From Glaucostegus cemiculus (Eukaryota), in assembly GCA_976551045.1 (NCBI GenBank), contig CDPCPM010000057.1, positions 1,364,001 to 1,428,000 on the forward strand: 64,000 bases of DNA, in the 5' to 3' direction. The translations under genes were made by a program, and so were the position numbers. The notes under the pieces are model-generated. The model saw nothing but the letters and a program-made list of their open reading frames with translations. It had not been told where the DNA came from and made no database searches. Shown here one piece after another: positions 41,276-54,200 of this stretch. Position 1 is the stretch's first letter; every line of letters begins with the position of its first letter.

Positions 41276-42999
41276 AATTTTTTGAAAAAGAACTGTTATG
41301 GTAATCAACCTATTGATTGACAGCTGCAAAAACTCGGGAACACCCACATATGTGTAGATACACCGTCATACATTCATAGTTAAAGCAATGCCGTATGTTA
41401 GCACAGAGCTCCAGTAACCTTCCTGCTCTTAATACATTGGCACTTGGGATTATCTGGAGCTGAGCTGATATGAAATGAGTAATCCATATCCTTAAAAAGT
41501 CACACTTTATCAACTATTGCTATTTTGAGTGATCAAATAATGATTCTGCTTAACATTTTATCACAGTTTTAATGAAAGTTTGTTGCATTCCCATAATTCT
41601 TTCACCTCTGCACTACATACTTTTTCTTCCTCTTTCCCACATCTATGATTTTTTTCTATCATTTTTCTAAAGATGCCGTCTTACACGGCGTTCCTCCTTT
41701 CCCCCTATTTTCATTTACAGTGTTGAAATCACAGTTATCTCTCCTCTTACTCCAACTCTTCCATTCCCAGAACGTTAAATCCTTACCTTTTCAGTTTCTG
41801 CTATCATCTACACACTCTCAAAACATGGCTCGACATCTCTCCTATTATTTCTAGTTTTATTTGATCTTGTCATTACTCTTTTAACGTGATGGTGCCCTGT
41901 ATCAGAGCCTTGGCCCATCCTCTGAGTGTATTAAGGAGCTGCCTGTAAGCACAAACATTGAACCATAATGGAAAATTGTTGCAGTTTTACAGTTTGTTAC
42001 GGTACACTGTACTTCGTCTTCTCCAGTATATTTCAGATTATATGGTTGAAATGAACACGTGCTCACAATCATTGAATAATGGATTTAGCACCTTTGGACC
42101 ATGCAAACTTGTTTCTCCAGCGTCGCATATGTTGTGTTTTAAGAGTTTCATTAATCCCCAGTTTTGTATCGGCAGTAGGCTACATGCAATGTGTCACTTA
42201 GATGTAAACATTGAGTGTTTACAAGAGGCTGCAATAACGGAATCCACAGCGGCCAATATCCGCAACATCAAATACGTGCACATCCCCTGTGCAGTCAGTG
42301 AAAGGAAAGGTCCAATCTGTTGGGTGCACGTCTTTGTTCAATTGTTTGTGCAGGTGCTTTGAAGGGTGCTACTCCATCTCGCTAACTATTTCGGTAAAAT
42401 TAGTACACGTTATTTGCACAAATAACATAAGAAGGAAGTAATATATCGAAGGATTAACATGATGTTGCCCTGGACTTTGTTTTGTGGTTGTTCTGTGGCT
42501 GCCGACATCATTAACGGGACCAAATACCGATCGTTCACAGTAATAGCGATAAAATTAGCATGCTGCTACTGTATATGCTCCCTAACCACCCACTCTCCGT
42601 TTTTCTCGTAGACGTGGCTCGTTACTGGATTTTAAAATCAGTGCCATTTTCTTTTCAACTGGAAAAAATAAACTCTTCCTGTACTGCGGATCATTGAATT
42701 TTCTACACCTGTCAGTATGCTGCACTACCGAATCATTATCATGACAACTTGTAATGCCCTTCAACAAGGTTTTATTGGGTTAACGATTAACTGTCAATAC
42801 GCAGGATATCCCAGGTAAAAGAAGGAAATCCTTGTCTGTTGGGATTGGAAATGTATGTAATTCAGGATCTCTCTCACGTTACCTTGCTAAGTGTGCTTGT
42901 GTTATCAGACGGTAATTTAACCAAAATCTGCAATGATAAAACGTTGTCTAGGAATCTGAAATACATTTGGACACAATTTAGTAAATGATCCCTTTAACA

Positions 43000-43560
43000 T
43001 TCAAATTCACCTGTGGCGGGCATTCACTCGGATACTTTCATTCTCGCCGCCGTGCCGAATCTCTGTAGGCGACCGGACCGCAGCGTCACTCAAACTCACC
43101 CAGGGGCAGCCCCTCCAAGAGAAAGAGGTAGCTGGCAAAAAAGTCACTTCTGATAGTTTTATGAAGGAAGAAGGACATGCTGTTGCGGCACATGATATCA
43201 TCGGTGTCGTCCCAGCGCAATTTAAACGCGTCGTGGGCTTTTTTCCATTCCATCTTTTCCCCCATTTTCTGCTAGAGTCTGTAATGTCACTGGATTTTCG
43301 CGCTCTCTCTTCCGGCAGCGTTGTTGTTGAAGCTGCCACTATGCTGTTCATACACCTCGGTGCGAATGTTCTCGGTCCCTGCTGCAACTGTTGACGCTAC
43401 CCTTGAAACTGATCAGGCCCTGTTCGCCAGTTAGGTGCTGAAAACGCGTCCCTCAATATGAGTTACAACCCTTCCCAGCAACCAGATCCTTGTGCTTGTA
43501 AGCTGACCTAATGCGGGCACGTTCTGGAGAGACTAAATCCTGGCGTTAAAATAACCTTGA
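43000..43560 (-). promoter_or_regulatory. CpG-enriched NTMT2 exon 1 / promoter region
   Basis: Elevated CpG density around and upstream of the NTMT2 start codon; the TSS cannot be determined from sequence. Confidence 0.5.
43100..43265 (-). CDS. NTMT2: NTMT2/METTL11B coding exon 1
   Basis: Manual translation MGEKMEWKKAHDAFKLRWDDTDDIMCRNSMSFFLHKTIRSDFFASYLFLLEGLPL resembles the human NTMT2 N-terminus (MAHRGAHFAFRSRWQKTDDELCRHSMSFILHKAIRNDFFQSYLYLLEKIPL, recalled). In-frame TAG upstream; phase-1 donor G|GTGAGT at 43100/43099. This frame is not in the ORF track. Confidence 0.93.
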
Positions 43561-44739
43561 AAAAGAATTTTACTGAGTGTGAAGTGACAATGTTGCAATG
43601 AAAGCTCGTAGACAACTTTAAACACCCACAGAAGTTGAACAGGAAACTTGTGGATCGGTGGTATGCCAGTCAATATAAGTGTTGTTTATTGTTTTTGCAA
43701 TGTTTCGATTATCGTTGAGCGATTGTGCATATAGTCAGTTTCTTAATACACCGAGAAAATGGGCACGGGCTCAGAATGCAAAGGCCAGGGAAGATATTAG
43801 CATTGATATCAAGCTCATGTATTCGAAGTGTGCAGATTGTAACAGGAACTGAAAGATGAAGATAAACATTTAAAGTCCTGCGATTGGAAGAATGGATTTA
43901 AAAGAGGAATAATTGTAAGTTTAACACTATAAAACTGAAAAGGAAAATGTACTGTTCATAAACGAAGGAAGAAGGCAAGAAGAATGTAGAAGGCAAGGAA
44001 GTCGGAGGCCAGAACTAAAAAGATTATCAATTGCACAACAAGCTTTTCATTAAAACTGTAATCATATGTTAAGCAGAATCATTGTTTATGGAATGCCATT
44101 GTCATGCTATGAAAAGGAATACATGTAAATCTTAGGTTCACCTGGGGACAGAATCTGGGAGCTGTTCAGGTAAAAGAAATAGAAAGGCTTTAAAAATGCA
44201 CGAAGTCATAAACAATCAGGGTGAATGAGTTTGCAAGAAATAATTGCTTTATAAAGTCGTAAGAAGTAGTACATTTGGGAAAGATGGTGAGAGGAAGGTT
44301 TGGGAAGCAGAGGATACATCACTTGGAGGACATGTATCCATTGACTATTGGTATTCAGGCAGGGTTGTAAGTACACCAATGCTTTAAATGAATTATTTTA
44401 TGTAGGTTGTTTATATTATTCCAAAGATAGCATTTAAATGAAGGCTGACTTGAGAAATAAGAACAGAAGGGTCCCAAAGCCTATGAAATTTGATCCTTTG
44501 AGTATACCAAATCCCTCTACCTAGTAAACAATTGTATTTGTACTACCCATTGCTTCTCTTCCAAGTATTCCAACTGATAGATTATTCCAAATCATTATCA
44601 CCTGTTGAAAGAGTACATTTCTTCTGTATTTTCATGAAAAGATGAGTCCACCAATCATTCTCACAAAATTCACAGCTGTGGTTGCAGAACTTTGAAATGG
44701 AGCATTGCAACTGAATATGAGGGTGGGAAGAGGGGTTTG

Positions 44740-45720
44740 ATGGGACTGGTCAACAATGGCAAGGGCAGCACTTACTGTCCATCCCTTCACCGACCTTGAG
44801 AAGGTGATGGTGAGCTGCCTACTTGAACCACTGTCATCCTCATGGTGAAGGTATTCACACAGTAGGGTAGAGTTGGGCATTCCAGTATCTGGATTCATTT
44901 GCAGTGAAGGGACAATATATTTTCAAACTGGAGGAAAATTTGCAGGTGGTGGTGTTCCCATTGATCTGCCACCTTTGCCCTTTCTGGGTGCTTGAGGTTA
45001 TAGGTCTGGGAGATGTTGTTGAAGTTACTTTGGTGAGTTAGTGCATACCATTTTGTAAACGGTACACAGTGCAGCCAGGCAGTGGAGGGTGTGAATGCTG
45101 AGGATGATGAAATTGGAGCCAATCAAGTGGTGTGCTCTGTCCTGAATGGAGTTGAGCTTCAAAAAGAAACTGGAGATGCTGGAAATCTGAATAGAACATG
45201 CTAGAAAATCTCAGTAGGTCAGGCAGTATCTCTAGAATGAGAGGCAGTTAACATTTCAGAATCTATCTTGGTCGCCCCACTCTTTATGTAGTGGACCCAG
45301 TTAAGTTTCGGGCCAAAGGTGATTTTCAGGATATTGATGGTGTAGCATACAATAATGGTAATGCTGTAGAATGTCAAGGGGAAATGGGTAGATTCTTCTT
45401 GGAAATAGTTATTGTCTGGCATTTGTATGGCAAGCTGTTACATGCCACATCATTCCATTCTGATTGCTATCTAAGTCTTGCTGCATTCAGGCACGAACTA
45501 CTACAATTGTCCGAGAGTTTCAAATGGATTGGAACATTGTGCAAACATCAGCAACAATCCTGCCATGGTAAAAGGAAAGTCACAGATGAAGTAGCTAAGA
45601 TTGTTAGACTGTGCCTAAGGAACTAGTGCACTGACGTCTTAGGACTAACCTTCAACAACCACACCATATGCTTTTGTGCTGGGTATAACTCAAGTCAGTG
45701 GAGAGTTTTTCCCTTCATTA
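44740..45720 (-). mobile_element. CR1-clade LINE 3' part, same family as 31700-32570
   Basis: ORF 45219..45422 PLTFYSITI parallels PLTLNGITI in ORF 32046; interrupted by a fold-back arm at 45165-45260. Confidence 0.6.
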
Positions 45721-46099
45721 TAGACTCATAGATTGCTTTGCATGGAAGAAGGGCATTCATCCCATCAAGCCTTTACAAGTTCTATACTAACAATGCTGTT
45801 CGATCCATTGCTGGCTCTTACTCCATAGGCCAGCATTTATTCCTCCCTCCAGTGTTCATCCAGTTCCCTTTTGATAATAATAATTGAATTTGCTTCTCCT
45901 GCACTTTTAGGTAATGAGTTCCAGAATATGATTATTTACACTATAACATTTTTTCTTCCTGTCACGGTTAGTTCCTTTGCTCATTGCCTTAAATTGGTGC
46001 ACTTTTGTGTTTGATTCTTCCACCAACGGAAACAGTTTGTTTCGACCAATTTTCAACCCTTTTGCCATAGTGGGCTATTACAACTCCCTGTGTTACTGA

Positions 46100-46402
46100 G
46101 TCATAGAGAAGTACAGCACAGAAACTGACCCTTCCACCTACTGAGCTCTTGCCGACCATCAACCATCCATTTACACTAATCCTATTTTAATCCCATTGTT
46201 TTATTCCCCCCACATTCCCATCAACTCCCCCTAGATTCCACCATCCTCTGACACACTATGGGTAATTTACAATGGCCAATTAACCTACCAACCCACACAT
46301 CTTTGGGATGTGGGAGGAAGCATCTGGAGGAAACCCACTCGGTCACATGGAGAACATGCAAACTCCACTCAGACAGCACCCAAGGTCAGGATTGAATCTG
46401 GG
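46100..46402 (-). mobile_element. V-SINE with CR1-type tail
   Basis: gtcatagagaagtacagcacagaaac...ctttgggatgtgggaggaag...gagaacatgcaaactccac...ggattgaatc. Confidence 0.75.
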
Positions 46403-47439
46403 CTCCTGTACCTCCTCCCGGATGGTAGTAACGTGAAGAGGGCATGTCCCAGATGGTGAACATCCTTAATAATGTGTTATGTTGGTCGCACCCACACAAA
46501 TTATTTTCTGCATATCCATTTAAAGATAACTTCAACATGAAGTCATATGGCTACAACAGTGATGCACATGGTCCAGAAATTTTGTAAAATTTATATATAA
46601 TTGACGTTTTTCTTGTGGATGTTGTGTATCTGATGATATGTGCCTGTGATGCCGCTGCAAGTAAGTTTTTCATTGCTCCTGTGCATACATTAACTTATGC
46701 ATATGACAATAAACTCATCTTTTTTTTATTTTGAACTTTAAACTCCAAGGAGAACAATTGCAGATTCTTGAATTTATTCACATAAACTAATTTTCTCTTC
46801 TCCTGGATCAATTGTCCTAAATCTGTTCTGCATCTTCTCCAGACTGCACATCTCTTCTCTGGTGCCCATGACCAGAAATACACACACAATACCATGCAGA
46901 GCCAGTATTTTACAGAGATTCAATGTTTTCTCTTTGCCTTGTAGGCTCTGTTTCTATTTACGAAGTCCATGATCCTATATGCTTTTGTAAGTAGCTTTCT
47001 CAAGTTCTCCTGCCATGTTCGAAGTTTTATTCACATACAGATCTCTTAGTTTATGTACTCCTTTTAGAATTGAACATTTTATATTATAATGCCTTTTACA
47101 CATTCTTCCAACCAACAGTAATCACTTAGCTTTTTCCTTCTTCAAAATTTCATCTAAATGTATCTGTCCTTTCCACCCGCCTGCCTAAATCCTCTTGAAA
47201 TCTATTGTTAATCACCTCACAATTTACCACCCTCCAAGTACAGGACAACATAGATTTCAATTTTACTAAATTTCCTTACTGTTCTCAGTCAAATGATGCT
47301 TTGACATAATGGGTCAGTCTTCCTCAACTCACCTCCGGAATTTAGTCCTTTAGTATTTTAGACCAAGCTATAATGAGATTTGGAGTTGAGTAGGCTGCCA
47401 GAACCATTGAACATAAATGTGCAGATTATTGTTAAGGTT

Positions 47440-48355
47440 TATTATCATGAAATTTGTTGTTTTGTGGCAGCAGTACAGTGCAAGACAGCAATACTCTATA
47501 AGTTACACAAATAAATAAATAGTGCAAAAGAGGAATAACAAGGTAGTGTTCATGGCTTCATGAACTGTTCAGAAATCTGATGGCAGAGGGGAAGAAGCTG
47601 TTCCTGAAATGTTGAGTATGGGTCTTCAGGCTCCTGTTCCTCCTCCTGGATGGTAGTAATGTGAAGAGGGTATGTCCCAGGTGGTGAAGGTTCTTAATGA
47701 TGGATGCCACCTTCTCGAGGCACCACCTCTTGAAGATATCCTTGATGGCAAGGAGGGTTGTATCCATGATGCAACTGACTGAGTCTCCAACCCTCTGCAG
47801 CCTCTTCTGATCCTGCACTTTGGAGCCTCCATACCAGGTTGGTGATGCAACCATCAAAACCAATCTGTAGAAATTTGCAAGTGTCTTTTGTGACAGTCCA
47901 AATCTCTTCAAACTCCTAATGAAGTAGAGCCACTGGCATGCCTTCTTTGTGATTGCATCAATGTGTTGAGCCAGCCTAAGATGTTGATACCCAGGAACTT
48001 GAAGCTACTCACCCTTTCCACCGCTGACCCCTCAGTGGAGACTGGTGTGTGTTCTCCTGACTTCTCCTTCCTTAAGTCCACAAGCAATTCCTTGGTCTTG
48101 CTGATATTGAGTGTGAGGTTGTTGTTGTGATGCCACTCAACCAGCTTATTTCTCTCACTCCTGTACACCTCCTCCTTATCATCTGAGATTCTGCTAACAA
48201 GTGGTGTCATCAACTAATTTATAGATGGCATTTGAGATGTGCCCAGCCACACAGCCATGAATGTGGAGAAAGTAGAGTAGTGGGCTAAGCATGCATCCTT
48301 GAGGTGTGCCTGTGTTGATTGTCAGTGAGGAGGTGATGTTACTATCGATCCACAC
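47440..48355 (-). mobile_element. Rex1/Babar-like LINE 3' part between NTMT2 and KIFAP3
   Basis: ORFs 47908..48213 and 47558..47911; same subfamily as 1-830. Confidence 0.88.
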
Positions 48356-49917
48356 TTTTTAATATTACATCTTTCTGTGGAAGAATAAATTGGTAGTTAG
48401 CCAGAATGGATTTGCCCTAATTATTTGAAGGCAAAATATACTTTGGCAATTTTCCACATGATTGGTTCCAGAACTTGAACAGCTTAACAATATGCTTGGT
48501 TGGTTCAGGAGCATAAGTTTCTAGCATTTCAAACGAATGGTCTTTGACCTTAAATATTAGTATTGTTTCTCTTTCTAAAAATACTGCCTAACTTGCTGAG
48601 TGCTTCCAGCATTTTTAGTTTTTTTTTATCTCCAGCACAAAAGTCAAGATGTTATTGAGTTCCACAGACATTGCTGCATCCAGTGTTCTCAGCTGTTCCT
48701 GTTATCTTATGGAGTGAATTAAATTGGTAAATGATTGTCCTCTAAATTAGCTGGAATTTTAGAGAGAAGCCAAAATAGACCATCCAATCCATACTTCTGG
48801 CTGAAGATGGTTGCTGATTCTGCATTCTGCTCTTTTCCACTTACATGCAGGACTTCACTATCATTGAGTTCTCTTCCTTGATATTCTTGAATCCTCTTCC
48901 TTTTATTAGCTGTTCTGTTGTCCATCATTATTCATAACCGGATATGGTTGAACTGATCTTGGTGTGTTTGTAGTTCTGTGCTATAACTTCTGTGGTGGTG
49001 CTTATTTTTAGATATGCCTGGCATAACTACAAAAAAAAATCTATGGATAAAAATAATCAGATATAGACATAGCTTGGACTTTTATGAATGAACAGCCTGA
49101 TTATTGTAAAGCAGAAAACATATCTATTACATGGGTAGCTTTTTGGTATGAGTCTTCTCATTAGAAGCTAATGATCCAAAAAATCATTTTATTTAGTTAT
49201 AATTAGTTTTGAAGCAACTGGCATGTGTGGGGATGTAGAATAATTGTTTGCATATGGGCTACAGGGATTGTAATACTCCCCAGTGATACTTCATTTCAGA
49301 TCTTCCATGCTACCCAGCATCTGAAGTTGATCACTACTTGGAAATCTGGTTATGCTGCTTATGAGTGCCATATAACTCTGCCACAAAAGCACTGATTCGA
49401 TTTTGATTGAAATCGAATCTGACTGGTTTATTTTGGTCGTGAGTGCCTGGAGCTCAGGTAATTTTTATAAATAATTGAAGGCTGGGCAAGACAATATGGC
49501 AATATTGGAATCCGGAGGGTACAATGGCCTAAACTCGTTTGGGTTTTACTCACCGTACGTAATTTTTTCCACTGTGGTTGGGCATCCATTTTTGTCTGAT
49601 TACACTTTTGGGAAGATTTCACGACATTTTGCCGGAGATGCCATCCGAATGCAATTGTTTTCGATGCACTTACCAATTTGTAATGCAACTTCGGCCGGGG
49701 TGATCTCTCCCTGGCCTATTGGTGGTGCTGGCGGCGGAGTGGCGCCCCAGTTTGTTCTGACGTTCGGGCTCGGCACCGCCCACCGCTCGCAGTTGTGGGA
49801 CGGTTGCACTTGTCACAGGCAACCGGGCGGAGATGTGAAGGTAGCCGCGGTGTCGGTGAAAATCAGCGAACAAAGAAACGGCTTCCAGCTGGAGCCGAGC
49901 GGCAGCGGCCTGGAGAA

Positions 49918-49949
49918 ATGCAGTCGGAGGATGCTCGCTATCTGAAGAG
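49918..49949 (+). CDS. KIFAP3: KIFAP3 (kinesin-associated protein 3) coding exon 1
   Basis: ATG CAG TCG GAG GAT GCT CGC TAT CTG AAG AG|GTTGGT = MQSEDARYLK(R), matching the human KAP3 start MQGEDARYLKR (recalled). Phase-2 donor, inside a CpG island, and divergent from NTMT2 as in human 1q24. Confidence 0.88.
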
Positions 49950-49983
49950 GTTGGTGCTGCGGCGAGTGCGGCAGCAATTTGCG

Positions 49984-50008
49984 GGCTGGCTGGCTGGCTG
50001 GCTGGCTG
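49984..50008 (+). repeat. (GGCT)n microsatellite at the start of KIFAP3 intron 1
   Basis: ggctggctggctggctggctggctg. Confidence 0.85.
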
Positions 50009-51034
50009 TCGCCGGCGGTGGGTGGTGGCGGTGTCCGTTGTCTTGTCAACGGGCTGGGCTGGGCCGGGCCTGACAGTAGGCAGGGCTCAGCCTTACAGCC
50101 CGAGGCCGCCGTTACTGCGCTTTTTATTTGGGGCCACGGCTGTGTTTAGTTTTCTTAGAGGAACACCTGGTGCAGGCAAATAGCACAAGCGAGTAGAAAA
50201 TGTCAAGTTATTTTTCAGGTTGATGACATTTCGTCAGACCTAACCTGAAACATTATTTCTTCTTCTGCTGGTACCTGTCCTGATTTACAGCATGATCTGT
50301 TTGTGTTTCAGGTTTCCAGGGTTAGTATTGTTTATTCATTATGTTAATTAAAGCCGGCACTATTTTTCCTAGCATCAGCCTCCTCTTGATTTTGCCACCC
50401 CATCCTCCATTTATGTACCCAAGGGAAACGAGGTTTTCCACTGGTTTCGCTTGAACATTTGCTTTGAATTGTTTTAGCGTTCCCGCTGACGTAACATTTG
50501 TGGTCTTTGACTTTCATGAACAGGTCTTACTCTCGTACAAGTAATCGGGTGTTTCATCTTGACTATTGATTTTTGACCATCCATTTTGATTTTTGCCTCA
50601 TTCCAGTCGAGCTATTCTCATATCATCTAACTTTTGCATAGGCTGAACATGTATGGTGACAAGATGCATTACAATCTCACTCCTTTTCCATTGCTGAATC
50701 ACCGTTTTTTCCACATTTCGTCCACATTGTCCACTTTGCCTTTTGTCCATTGTGGAAACTCCTCGAGCATATCAGTTATTTGGGGTAATGGGTTTATATC
50801 TCTATCTTATATAATAGAGTTTGGCATTCATTTACATCTATGCTCCCACCAAGTGGAAGGCAAATTGGTGTGAGATTAAGGCCTCCAATAAATCTACCTT
50901 GTTTTCTCAAACCAAGTTAAGTCTTGACTTGCATGTTTAGATTATGACTTTAGTGTTGCTTTAAAGGACTCAGGAGGTGAAAAATTATAGTTATGGGAAT
51001 GTGGAGATGAGGTTACAGTCAGATTAAATTTTAT

Positions 51035-51210
51035 TTACAGTAACCTACCCGTACGTCTTTTAGAATGTGGGAGGAAACCGGAGTACCTGGAGGAAACCCA
51101 TGCAGACACAGGAGAACGTACAAACTCCTTACAGTCAGCGACAGGAATCGAACCCCGATCACTGGCGCTGTAACAGCGTCACGCTAATCGCTATGCTATC
51201 GTGCCGCCCC
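51035..51210 (-). mobile_element. V-SINE (CpG-rich, tRNA head well preserved)
   Basis: Reverse complement gggcggcacgatagcatagcgattagcgtgacgctgttacagcgccagtgatcggggttcgattcc, followed by the V-core. Confidence 0.8.
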
Positions 51211-54200
51211 ATAATTCTGGCCAAATTGCAGTCACAATATTAAATGGTAAAGCGGGCTCAAAGGGTTGAGTTGCCCACTCCTACTCCATGCTTGTGTGTG
51301 CAAATGTCAATGCAGTTGAACCATGCTTTTTGACTCATTTCACCTTTTGATCATATGATCTGCAAGGACATCCAATGAAGATTTGAGCATATTCAAAGGA
51401 TAATTTTGATAAACTTTAACATCAAAACAAAATGAGAGATTCAGAATTGGAGGTCCTAATTTCCATCCTTAGAAGTTGTGTTAATTTCATTGTGATTTAC
51501 ACTTGTTCTGGGAAAGCTGCTTCTGCAGGAATTCAAGTTGAGAAAGATGAGCAATTTTGGTTTAATTTCATCTGCTTAAATATCTCTTAATCTACACTCA
51601 TTAACTTTTTTAATTTCCCTACTAATTAATATGAACTTGAAATGTAATTCATTGCAAAGCATTTCATATGCAATATTCTGATGAGGTACTTTGTATATCC
51701 AAATATGGTAATCTAATGTGACAGCTTTCTTATAGTAGGAAACCAGTTGAAGTATTAGACCCAAGCACATGAACTGCATTGCTGCAGTGGAGAATATTTA
51801 CATTATTGATGAAGGAATGGAGGGAGAAAAAGATTCTTTTCAGATGTTATCATTGTTGTCCAGTTACTCGAGTCAGAATTTTGTGCTTTCAGGTCCTACT
51901 TTAGAGGTCTGAGTTCATAATCTGATTTGATGTTTCAGCAGAGTACTGAGGGAGAGCTACATTGTCAATGGTGCCTTTTTTTTAAAGACCCCTTCTTCCA
52001 TAGCCCCTACTTCTCTACAATAACGATGGAACTCCCTTCAGAATCATCCATACTGGTTTTGTGTTTACTTTTTGTAAAAGTTCATCTTTTTACTCAGTGA
52101 TTAGACTTCTGATAACTCACTCTTAAGTTGTCATTGTTAAGTTGGCTTGTTATGACCAATCTGTTTTTCTTCTCACTCCCATCCCTTCTCGATTTTTTTT
52201 TTTAATGTATTACATGGGTACAAATTGTTGCTGCTGTTCATTTTTGTTAGATTTTAATATAGCTCACTCTGCAGGATAGGCAATACTTTCAAGTCTATTA
52301 TGGGTTTTCCCTTGCTTTTAATTTCCTTAGTTATAAGTTTAACATTTCTACTATCATCGTTCTATATATTGTGCATTAGTGAAGTATTACACAGTGACAA
52401 AGAAAATTAATCTCTCCTGTGATCTTTGTATTAGTACCACACAGATGTTCTGTGTATTTGCTCTTTGACACATTTGACCCTTGATCTAAACTAATCCTGA
52501 GCAATTGAATGAAAGGCTGTTTTGGGAATAAGTAAGAATTCAAAACATGTGATGCAACAAAGCTGGAGCAGACCACCGAAGACTAGATGTTTCAAATGGA
52601 TAGAAAATAGATGGATGAATATTTTGGCCTTTGGAAGATATTTAATTCTTGTACTACTTAGAATTACATACGGTTGTGTACACACAATTTTGTGCTGGGT
52701 GGCAATTCCCAGGATTGCCCATTCTGTTCATCTCACAGTGAGTTGCTGTACTATGGGTGGCTTGCAGTATGAAAGGATATTTGGATGAGGCTGATATCAG
52801 AGTATTAACTTCAGTCATTGAAGGAGATGACATAATAATTTTAATCGAGCAGTGGTACTGTAATTTTGTAAAATGGGGAAACAATTGAGGTTTCTGTTTG
52901 TGTAAAGATAGTTTTTATTCTTTCAATTTCCCATCCCAAGCCACAAGCAAAGTGTGGTAGAGAGAGTTTGTGACTTGATCCTTATTTTCTTTCTCTAAAC
53001 ATGCCACTTGTATAAAATTTAAAATGAATGATCAATGAGAAAAGATTGTTCAGGCTAGTACAGCATGCTATTTTAGTTCTTGTTGGATCCATGTGTGCAC
53101 TTTCCTGCTCAAGGGCTTGACGTGAAAGTTCAAAATGATTTGTCTTTGTGCGTAAATTAGAATTTGCTTGAAATTGTTCCAGCATTTAAAATATCTGCCA
53201 TGACTTTTTTTCCAATCAGTATGGTGTTTCCCATGTGCAAAAGAAACAGAATTGTAGAGTGTAATCTGTGCAGTGAAGCAAAGGAAGAATAGTGTGCAAA
53301 ATTTCAAGTGCCTTGGTAGTTGGGAAGGGGAAGGATTAGTGGAAAGAGCTGTGTGTGATGGAAAATGTGGTAGTTTGACCACACTGTTTTCTCCCACCAA
53401 AATATTAGACTTTTTTTTCTTTGTCTTCCACTTCCATCCCCCATCCCTCCAAAAAAAAAAATGTTTTCACTTGTTAATGATGTTCCCTTTGCTCCTTTGT
53501 TTCTGGACTAGATTATTTTTGCTTCTTGCCTTTGTTCTTTTTCATTTCAATGTTTTTTAAGACTGCTTCTTCCATTCCATCCCAAGAAAACCCTTTTCTT
53601 GAAGTAGTTTCTGGTCCCTCTTTCCATATGTCTTTTCCTTTTGTTTTCCTGGTTTGCCTATATTCACCTTTGTCCCTGACATTGGTTATGAGAAGATTAA
53701 TAAGTAAATGGCATAGTAGTACATTATAATTAAAACAAAGGCCAAGTTATTATTTAATTCCTTTCTTAAATACAACTTTAAGAATTGGTGGTTAAATGTA
53801 ATTACCACAGCATAAAGGTAAAAAATGATAAATTAATTCTGAAATGCATTGAGGAAAAAAATCCTTCACTTTCATTACATGGTCACAGTCACTTCATACC
53901 TAATCCTTTTGTTTAAAGGAGTTGCCTTGTCAAATTTACAAGTAAAACAATGTATTGGCAAACTTGTGCTGTAAAGAATTTCAGTTACTTTGGCTGATTT
54001 CCTGACTGACTTGCAATCAAGAGCAACTACAAAGGAAGTTATGGCAGATGCAAAAAATAAATGAACCCTATTTTTATAAATACATGGGCATAGATTTGTT
54101 TTCCCAATGGTAAAATATCAAAAGTAACTCTAATTGCCTTTTTAATGTTAACAATATTGTATTTACTATGTGATATTTTCATTCTATTGAAGATTTAAGT

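Larger units (their letters stand above)
49600..50140 (+). promoter_or_regulatory. CpG island / KIFAP3 promoter and 5' UTR
   Basis: Sharp rise in GC and CpG against an AT-rich background. CCAAT at 49673, ATTGG at 49718, GGGCGG at 49825, X-box-like GTCACAGGCAAC at 49812-49823. Confidence 0.75.

Noticed and set aside
43007-43387. 126-aa minus-strand ORF over NTMT2 exon 1
   Set aside because: Alternative frame with a non-ATG start; the NTMT2-homologous frame is a different one.
43543-43556. MEF2 site in the NTMT2 promoter (gttaaaataac)
   Set aside because: One base short of the YTA(W)4TAR consensus.
49428-50073. Several overlapping ORFs (78-156 aa) at the KIFAP3 promoter
   Set aside because: Expected by-product of GC-rich CpG-island sequence; only MQSEDARYLKR is recognisable, and it ends at a splice donor.
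51140-51210. tRNA gene
   Set aside because: A/B-box-like head continues directly into the V-SINE core, so it is a SINE rather than a tRNA.
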